Shown one piece after another: positions 54,891 through 64,000 of a DNA stretch of 64,000 bases (positions within the stretch are counted from its first letter, which is position 1; every line of letters starts with the position of its first letter). The stretch is from Octopus sinensis (lineage: Eukaryota): the NCBI RefSeq assembly GCF_006345805.1, contig NC_043006.1, forward strand, positions 86,738,001 through 86,802,000, read 5' to 3'. Under the pieces are notes generated by a model. It was not told the DNA's origin. It saw only the letters and a program-made list of their open reading frames with translations, and ran no database searches. The translations under genes and the position numbers were made by a program.

Positions 54891-55543
54891 TCATAAGCAA
54901 AAAACTTCATTATAATCAATAAAACAATACTCCATTCCAGACATATTGTAATTATGGAACATAGCCAACAAAGAGAAGTCTACTTATGTACCTCAGCAGA
55001 TTTATGCAATGAATCCATATAACTAGATGGACACAAATTACATACAAAATATACACGCACAAATACACAAATAAACTCAATGATATTCACAATCTCACAC
55101 ACACATGCATATCATCATCATCATTTAATGTCTGTTCTCCATGCTGGCATGGGCTGGATGGTTTGAAAGAAGCTGGCCAGCTGAAGAGCTGCCTGGGTTC
55201 CATTAGTCTGTTTTGACATGGTTTCTATGGCTGGATGCTCTTCCTAACACCAACCGCTTTACAGAGTGTATTAAGTGCTTTTATGTGATACTGGCACAGG
55301 CACTTCTATATGGCACTAGCATGGGTGGTTTTACATGGCACCAGCACAGATGCTTTTACATGTCACAAGTACCTATGGGCCTGCAAGACTAGGATCTCTC
55401 AGCCAAGAGAGCAATGAAGAGGACATTTCTAGCCCTATTTGGGGCTAGAAATATTATGGAAAAATGTGAAATTTTTTGAGCAGGCATGTGTCTTATGCAA
55501 AATCTGTGATGACCTGAGTGATGCTGATGACCTGGAGTCACCT

Positions 55544-55585
<42 letters not shown>

Positions 55586-55637
55586 AGTATAGGAAAGAAT
55601 GGAGCTGAACGAAGATTTAACAAAATTCCTTTATTTT

Positions 55638-55723
55638 ATTTTCAACATATGTTTCGAAGTCTGCAAAATCCCTAATTCCGAATGAATAAGGAGTCCATTA
55701 TGCAGCTTTCTCTTCAGGAAAAT
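55638..55723 (-). ncRNA. Minimal type-I hammerhead ribozyme motif in Penelope pseudo-LTR (core intact)
   Basis: AUUUUC-CUGAAGA-G(AAAGCUGCA...UGCAGACUU)C-GAAA-C-AUAU-GUU-GAAAAU: 6-bp stem I, palindromic short stem III, GUU cleavage triplet. Confidence 0.7.
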
Positions 55724-57124
55724 CCAGGAACTTCTCAAATACTAAAAATCTCTCACAGATAATTGCCTCCCATAACAATAAGCTGCTAAATAAGGTCTCA
55801 TCACCCATGAGCAGAGACACCGCCCTGTCAAATTCCAACGTAACATATAGTAATAATAATAATAATAGAAATAGCACAGATATTAGCAGCCTTCATACCA
55901 GCATTGGCGTTAGCAATAGTAATAAGGATAAGAGCACTGGCCTGGACATTAACGGAGGTGGTCTCAACAATAATAGTAGCAGCATTCTTAACAACAGTAG
56001 TTTTACGGACAGTAACAATCACAGCATTCCCAGAAACAGGGAATGTGCAGGTGATATTGCCTTAAATAGGATGAATAGTATCGTGCCCAAATCCAGCAGT
56101 AATTTTTACACCCATCATAGAAATAAGAACGCTGTATTAGTATCGGAAACTAATCCCAATAGATTAAGGTTCTTATCAAATAACTCCAAAATTAGAAACA
56201 CCACTTACCAGTGCAAAATTTCTACTGGATCCGATGTCTACTTCTATATTGGCGCAACCTCCTCTAAATTAGCCACAAGAGTCTCAAATCATTTTTCCAT
56301 GTTCCGAGATAAGAGTAAACAGCACACCACGGGTCTAAGCAAATTAGTCTGGCGTTTGAAGAACGCAAATTCAACTTTTAAGTTGGAATGGTCAATATTA
56401 TCGGTGTCCTTACCGTTTGATAAGGGCAGAAAAATCTGCCCTCTGTAATTCCGAACTCTTTCATATTCTGTTTGCCCGAGGCCAAGTAATAAACTCGATT
56501 GTCGAGAGATCTTTCAGATGCTTACACTGGAAAAAGCATACCTTTCACTCATACCAATGAAGTCTAATATAGATAACCCCTGGATTTCCTACAAAATTAA
56601 TTTGTGATATCTCATCCCTTTAGTTTATAAGACTTTCTCATAATTGGTAAGAACTACTACCAATTCCAGTAGTACCCTTGTCTCTTGTCATTACTATTGT
56701 GGGCTCTTTCTGCCCACTCCCTCTTAAGTTGACACATTCGAACACACAGACACAGTCCTTTCACCTCCTGACCGTTAATTTTCTGTCTGCCTTCTACACA
56801 CACATTCATGCATTCACAGACACACACACACACACACATTAAGGCAATTATACACACTCATACATACGAGCACTCATTCATAAAATAAATCAAATATAAA
56901 CACCAGTCATACAGAATACATTCCCTCACCTTAATATTCTTTTACCTTCCTTCTCCAACCTCGATTGAACCCTTGAACTATTTTAACTGCCAGTTTCTCC
57001 TACTTTCAACCAATCTGACATCACCCCCTATAAATAGACATTATTTATCATTATCGCTATGGGCTCCTCGTGAGCAGTCATCGAAAAATTTGTTGTGCAT
57101 TTTGTTGGTGAAAGAAGTTCCTGG

Positions 57125-57210
57125 ATTTTCCTGAAGAGAAAGATGCATAATGGACTCCTTATTCATTCGGAATTAGGGATTTTGCAGACTTTGAAACATG
57201 TGTTGAAAAT
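57125..57210 (+). ncRNA. Second, slightly mutated copy of the hammerhead motif
   Basis: attttc-ctgaaga-gaaagatgca...tgcagacttt-gaaa-catgtgtt-gaaaat; substitutions in stem II and stem III relative to the minus-strand copy. Confidence 0.55.
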
Positions 57211-57419
57211 AAAATAAAGGAATTTTGTTAAATCTTCGTTCAGCTCCATTCTTTCCTATACTTATTATATTAAATTAAACTTCAAATTTCCACACTAAGG
57301 CACGGAGTTTATGCCCTATGGTTGTAACTTCAACCGTGCTCTTTCTGTTGTGAGTTTGCTACCCAGGTATCAGTTATCTTTCGAATTATCCGTAATAAGA
57401 TAATTCATTTATCTAATTA

Positions 57420-57612
57420 GATATATCATCATCATCATCATCATCATTTAGCGTCCGTTCTCCATGCTAGCATGGGTTGGACGGTTCAACTGGGGTCTGT
57501 GAAGCTGGAAGGCTTCATCAGGCCCAGTCAGATCTGGCAGTGTTTCTACGGCTGGATGCCCTTCCTAACGCCAACCACTCCGTGAGTGTAGTGGGTGCTT
57601 TTTACGTGCCAC
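57420..57612 (-). mobile_element. Young RTE 3'-tail copy, minus strand
   Basis: (CAT)n followed by the reverse complement of the RTE 3' terminus; close to 23910-24092. Confidence 0.85.
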
Positions 57613-57842
57613 CTATATATATATAGTTAAATAAGATTCTGGTAAAAACCTTGTAGAGTACTTTACAAAGCTAGTCTACAGTTATTGGCTACCTAATGTC
57701 ATCATACAGTGGAAATGCCACAATTACTGGATATACATCAGTGTAAAAATGTGCTGAAACAATTATAGTGAATTTAATTAATAGAGTATTTCATTTATTC
57801 CATTTTCTCTCATTTATATATCTATCTGTGTGTGTGTGTGTG

Positions 57843-57984
<142 letters not shown>

Positions 57985-59536
57985 CTTGGTGTACAAAACA
58001 AGAATTATCAAAATTTATGCTTCATGCACATACCAGCATGTCCAAAATCAGAATTCTTTATATATACATACATGCACACCCATACATATATATATATATT
58101 ATACATATATGTATTCAAGTTGTATATACATACACACATACCCAAAGATATATATATTATGTATATAGGTATTCAAGTAGTGTATACATACGCACACTCA
58201 CATATTTATGTACATTTTCATATATATGTAATCATCATTATCATCATGATATTTATGTCTATTTTTCCATGCTTGTGTGGATCAGATAAAACTTTCGACT
58301 AAAGCTTTCTGTAGCTGGATTCCCTTCCCCATGTCAAAGAGCCTGGACATACTTTCATGGTGGATTGCAAACAGAGACTACCATCTCTATCAACCGGGAG
58401 GCAAAAGTTGAGGGGAAGTATGAATTTATGTTCCTGTGAACACACAGCTAAAAGCTCAGACTAACAAGAAACTGATTCAACCAAAGTAAAATTAAAATAT
58501 CTTGAATTTCTATTATAGTATTGAATAGCTTTGACTGAAGAAACACAGTCAAGTCAATGAACTGGTGTCTCCAGGTCCTTTTATGTCAATGAATTCAGTG
58601 TACTGTGAAGACACAGCATCTGAAATGAGAAGATTTTCTCTGAGTGCAAAATACAACACAAATTAACATATTCACTTTCCAATTTGCCAGAATATATTAA
58701 GACTGAATATGTACATAATTTTGATTCTTGCTGTTTTATGAGCACAAAATTATTTATTATCAGTTTAGCATTTGCAAAAAAAAAAAGAAAAAAGAAAACG
58801 AAACAAAACAAGAACCACCTTTCTTGTTTAAATTTATTGATCTATGGGTATCTTTGACTGAAGTGACACAACCAGGTTGAAACACTGGTGTCTCAAAGTC
58901 CCCTTGTGTCAACGAATCATGTACATTGTCAACACACATTGTCTGAAACGAAAAAGTTTGTTTGAAGGCAAAATTCAACAACAAAATGTTTTAAGAATGA
59001 ATATGTACATCATCTTATTGATTCTCAGTTTTATATGCACATGATAAATTTATTAAATTTTACAGTCATTCTCAATTTAGCAGTTCCATATTTTAAGCTG
59101 AATCATGATGAACTTCTTCTGCCTGCACTTATTCATTTCATTTACATTCTTTTCCCTCACCTTTTCTTGAACTCAAGATTCTACCTTAATTCAATTACAT
59201 TGGCAGTTAAGTACTCTTTCTATTTCATTTGAGGCGATTATTATCTTGTTCCTCATTCACTTTGTATAGACTCCAGCTACTACTCTTTATCTTTCAATAG
59301 TACTAATACTCACTTAATTCATATCACATTTTTATCCTGTTCATGAAATTCACTTCCTATTTACCTGTCATATGACAGATCACCCCAATAATAAATAACG
59401 ACTCTTCATATCAAAAGTGTAACTTACCATAAACACACACATGTGCATAATCATGATTTGCCTCAGATAAATTTTGAAGTAAATGAAAGAGGAATAGCCT
59501 ACTAGGAAGCATTATGTTCATATATATATATATATA

Positions 59537-59810
59537 TATGTATAAAAAATATATATAAAAATACAAATTGGGACAAGAACACAAAACACTCAAATAGACA
59601 ACACAAAAAACGGACGGGTCATTCAAAGCCTCTAATCTTCAGTCAAGAACCGGATCATCCTTGCAATTTCGGCTGATTAATCTTGAGATTGCTCCGATCC
59701 TGCCAGCCCTAAGGAAAAACTGAATGACCTGTCCGTTTTTTTGTGTCGTCTATTTGAGTGTTTTGCGTTCTTGTCCCAATTTGTATTTTTATATATATTT
59801 TTTATACATA
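59537..59810. repeat. ~89-bp inverted repeat with 95-bp GC-richer spacer, in (TA)n
   Basis: tatgtataaaaaatatatataaaaatacaaattgggacaagaac...ggtcattca versus tgaatgacc...gttcttgtcccaatttgtatttttatatatattttttatacata. Confidence 0.85.
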
Positions 59811-59919
59811 CATTACTGCGGCGTAACGTACATCTTGTTCTCTTATGTATATATATATATATATATACATATATATGTGCGTGTGTGTGTGTGCATGTAT
59901 ACATAAAAGCGCACATGTC

Positions 59920-60700
59920 AGTGTCACATAAAAGTACCACTGCTGGTTTTTATGCAAAGGTGGCCATGTCAGTGCCATGTAAAAGTGACCATGTCAGTGT
60001 GTCATAAAACAGTCATGCCAATGCCACATAAAAGCACCCAGCACACTCTGTAAAGTGGTTGGCATTAGGAAGGGCATCTAGCCATAGAAGCCATGCCAAA
60101 ACAGACAACTGGAGCATAGGCAACTCTTCAGCTGACCAGCTCCTGTCAAACTATCCAACTCATGCCTGCATAGGTAAAGAGATATTGAAAGATGATGATG
60201 ATGATGGTATATAATCATCATCATCATCATCATCGTTGTCGTTTAACGTCTGCTTTTCATGCTAGCATGGGTTGGACGGTTTGACTGAGGGCTGGCAAGC
60301 CAGTAGCCTGCACCAGGCTCCAGTCTGATCTGGCAAAGTTTCTACAGCTGGATGCCCTTCCTAACACCAAGAGTGTAGTCAGTACATTTTATGTGCCACC
60401 AGCATAAGGGCCAGTCAGGCAGTACTGGCATCGACCACACTTGATTGGTGCTTTTTACGTGCTACCAGCTCAGGAGCCAAGCAGGCAGCACTGGCAATGA
60501 CCATGCTCAAAATGGTGCTTTTTATGTGCCACTAGCACGGGACCAGTCAGCCAGCAATGGCATTGACCATATTCGAATAGTGCTTTTTATGTGCCACTAG
60601 CACGGGACCAGTCAGCCAGCAATGGCATTGACCATATTCGAATAGTGCTTTTTATGTGCCCCCCCCCGGCATGGGAGCAAGTCAGGCAGCACTGGCATAT
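59920..60700. mobile_element. Tail-to-tail RTE 3' ends (plus copy ~59920-60205, minus copy ~60220-60700)
   Basis: (GAT)n tail directly followed by (CAT)n tail; the minus copy has a duplicated ~62-bp unit. Confidence 0.75.
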
Positions 60701-61089
60701 ATACATAAAAGCAGTAAGCTAGCAGAATCATTAGCATGCTGGGTGAAATACTCAGTGGTATTTTGCCTGTTGCTATGTTCTGAGTTCAAATTCTGCTGAG
60801 GTTAACTTTGCTTTCCATCTATTCGGGGTCAATTAGATAAGTACCAGTGACACACTGGGGTCGATGTAATATATATATATATATATAATCACACAAAATA
60901 TGGGGGTTTAGTTCACAGGTGATCTCAATGATTAGTTACACTAGGTAAGTGCTGTAATGGATTACAAGGGCTCCAAGGTCATAGCTGAGACTGGAGTTTT
61001 GGAAGCCATTGTAGATTTGCAATATAACAGATATATAACCAATACATTCATACATAGATGCGTGCATGTATGAATGCACATACATACAT

Positions 61090-62670
61090 ACATATATATA
61101 TATGTACCTTATAGTCCTCCAGACAATAACAGAGGAATTCAAGACAGGCTGCCACTGGGAGCTTCTCTGTGCTGATGACCTTGTTCTAATAGCTGAGTCA
61201 CTACCAGAACTAAAGAAAACGTTTCAGGTGTGGAAACAAGGTCTAGAATTAAAGGGCCTTAGGGTTAACCTAGCAAAAATCAAAGTCTTAGTAAGTAGGA
61301 AAGCAGACAAAATAAAAATCCCTTCAGTTAGATGGTCCTGCTTGATCTGTAGAAAAGATGTAAGCAGAAACTCCATAAGATGTACCTTGTGTAAGCTATG
61401 GACACATAAGAGATGCAGCAATATCAGAGGAAGGTTAACAGGGAAAATGGTTTCCATGTGTGGAAGGTACTAAAAATGTACAGAAAACAAATTCCACCAA
61501 ATGTCAGGGGAAAATGTTAGAAGTAGTGGATAGCTTCCGTTACCTAGGTGACCAAGTCAGTAGCTGGGGTGGATGGTCCGAGAGTGTAGCAACTAGAATA
61601 AGAATAGGCTGTGTAAAGTTCAGAGAACTACCTCTGCTGGTAACAAAAGGCCTCTCACTCAGAGTGAAAGGTAGACTGTATGATGCTTGTGCGCAAACAG
61701 CCATGTTACATGGCAGTGAAACATGGGCTGTAACCACCAAGGACATGTGTAAGTTTGTGAGAAAGGAAGCTTGTATGCGTCACTGAATGTGCAATGTCAG
61801 TGTTCATGCACAACTGTGTAAACATCTTAAGAGAAAAGTTGGGCATAAGAGGCATCAGATGTGGTGTGCAAGAGAGACGACTGTGTTGGTATGGTCATGT
61901 GATGCATATGGATGAAGATAGCTGTGTGAAGGAGTGTCACACTCTAATAGTGGAGAGAACCTGTGGAAGAGGTAAACCCAGGAAGACATGGGACAAAGTA
62001 AGGAAGCATGATCTTTGAATGTTGGGCCACACAAAAGCAATGACAAGTGACCGAGACCTTTGGTGATATGCTGTGCTTGAGAAGATCTGGTAAGTCAAGT
62101 GAGATTATAGTCATGGTCAATGCCAGTGTGAAGTAATTGGCTCATTAAAAGCACCCTTCAAATGTTGGGTGATTTTGGACATGCTGGTACGTGCATGAGG
62201 CATAACTTTTAATAATTATTGTTTTGTATACCAAGTTGGGTGATATGCTGTGCTTGTGAAGACCTGCCAAGTGAAATCATAGGCATGGTTGATGGCAGTG
62301 CTGTCTGACTGGCACCCATGCCGGTGACATGCAAAAAGCATCATTTGAGCATTGGGCCTCATGGAGTCAGTGACAGATGACTGAAACCTTTGGCAATATA
62401 GCATGCTTGTGTTGACCTGTCAAGCCAAGTGAAACTATAGTTGTAGCTGATGCCGGTGTCAGATCAATGGCACCCGTGCCAGTGGCACATAAAAAATACC
62501 CACTACATTCTCAGAGTGGTTGGCATTAGGAAGGGCATCCAACTGTAAAAACCTTGCCAAATCAGATCGGAACCTGGTGTAGCGTCCCAGCTTACCAGTT
62601 TTCAGTCAAACCATCCAACCCATGCCACTATGGAAAACAGATGTTAAATAATGAAGATGATGATGATGAA
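61090..62670 (+). mobile_element. Older, frameshifted RTE LINE copy of the same family
   Basis: LQTITEEFKTGCHWELLCADDLVLIAES..., CLICRKDVSRNSIRCTLCKLWTHKRC, LHGSETWAV and LCWYGHV, followed by a 3'UTR and (GAT)n. Confidence 0.9.
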
Positions 62671-63159
62671 GGTAGTTATATATGTACATTTAAACGTCTG
62701 CAATCAATAATGTTGATAAATGTTTATGATGCATAAATGCATTAAAAATGATAATGAAATATACTTAAATTACAGAAAACTGTTTAACTCTAATTACAGA
62801 CATTTACATACTTCAATATACTTTGCACTGAAAATGTGAGAACTTTTCAATATTTTTTAAGTGTTTATTTTAAAAAGTATGTTAGAAGAAACTGCAAAAG
62901 TTAAGTGCAACAGAAGAGTGTCATAGATTTACATCGTGACATATATATATATAGTTTTATACATATTCATGTGTATATAAATAAGGATAAGATCGTTAAT
63001 TTAAATATTGATCTTATCAAGTGGCCAGCATGGGAATAAAAACCTTCAAAGGTAATAATTATTATTAAAATTATAATTTAGGGTATCTAAATGCTGAAAA
63101 TAGTAGTCAAAACCAGCAGTCATAATTTTAATATTCATATGTATATATAGATAAAATGA

Positions 63160-63900
63160 TCAAGTTAGTCAGAGTGTGTGTGATAGGATTGTTAATCTAA
63201 GATTTGTATTTGATTATACAACAGTATAATCTCTGTTTATGCCCCACACGTTGGACTGACAGATGAACTGAAGGATCAATTCTGTAAGTCCCTTCTGCAG
63301 ATTACCTTAGTGACAGACAACAAAGATTTTATCGTTGTGGCTGATGATTTCAATGGACATGTTGGACAGTACTCGACTGGATCTCTTGTTGTACATGGAG
63401 GTTATAGCTTTAGTTCTAGAAATGAAGCAAGAACAAATCTGTTGGAGTACTGCAATGCTAATGACTTGTTGAATAGCAATAGAAACCTCAGAAAACCCAT
63501 CATCCACTCAATTACTTATGACTGGCTAAGCCAGACTGACTAGCGTCTCACCAGAAAATAGGATGGGTAGATACATGTGAATGCAAAGTCCTTTCATGGT
63601 GAACAATGTAGTTCCAATATGGGTTAGTTGTGACCTCAGAATTAGAGCTTGAAGGTCTTAAAAACACAAACCGATCTGGAAGTGGGAGCTCTTGAAGCTT
63701 AGAGTTCTTTTAAACATCTATAATTATAGTAAAGAACTTTTGCTATAGAGTTAATATAAGCCTTGAAGTTAAAACAGCTTCATAAAACGTTATCTGAGAG
63801 CTGGATGAGAAGGCTGTGAATAACATCCAACACAGTAAATTCCATCCTCCAGTATATAAAGGCAATCATTGAGAGCTCATCTAGATACACACAATGGAAT
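63160..63900 (+). mobile_element. APE-type endonuclease relic of an RTE-like LINE
   Basis: Translation IISVYAPHVGLTDELKDQF...IVVADDFNGHVG...RNEARTNLLEYC matches APE motifs (VYAP, GDFNxxVG). Confidence 0.75.
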
Positions 63901-64000
63901 ACTACCTGTACTAGATACTGGACTATGATTAGAAGCTGTAAGTAGTAAAATACAGTTCCACCAGTTTGCATTAAATGAAACCTATGACCATTAAGAAACT

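Larger units (their letters stand above)
55580..57272 (+). mobile_element. 5'-truncated Penelope-like element with inverted pseudo-LTR and GIY-YIG endonuclease
   Basis: About 155-bp arms at 55580-55735 and 57113-57272 are reverse complements. The ORF reads NLSQIIASHNNKLL...TYQCKI...YFYIGAT...RVSNH...LSKLVWRLK...LEWSIL...CPL, then after a frameshift (C)NSELFHIL...CLHWKKH. Inserted in (TA)n. Confidence 0.85.

Overview
AT-rich eukaryotic genomic DNA, dense in microsatellites and transposons. The SINE, RTE, Penelope and mariner repertoire suggests a coleoid cephalopod such as Octopus (inference). The only host gene I can support is on the minus strand: three clear internal exons plus a probable 27-nt micro-exon of an M1-family zinc aminopeptidase (ERAP/LNPEP/APN-like). 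Exons are at 40712-40581, 33928-33902, 19434-19271 and 14086-14004, all with GT-AG ends and matching phases, giving 406 coding nt in 64 kb. I found neither the preceding nor the following exon, so the gene probably extends past both window edges. The introns contain a 5'-truncated RTE LINE with an embedded PHD-like finger, many RTE 3' tails, two mariner relics, a BED-finger hAT relic, several MITEs and three tRNA-derived SINE families. They also contain Penelope-like insertions with inverted pseudo-LTRs and minimal hammerhead ribozyme motifs. I see no prokaryote-type system or CRISPR. The most interesting leads are the micro-exon, a genomic Arg (AGG) at a normally Gly position that A-to-I editing could restore, and an intact-core hammerhead on the host pre-mRNA strand. 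Most ORFs in the supplied track are microsatellite or repeat artefacts.
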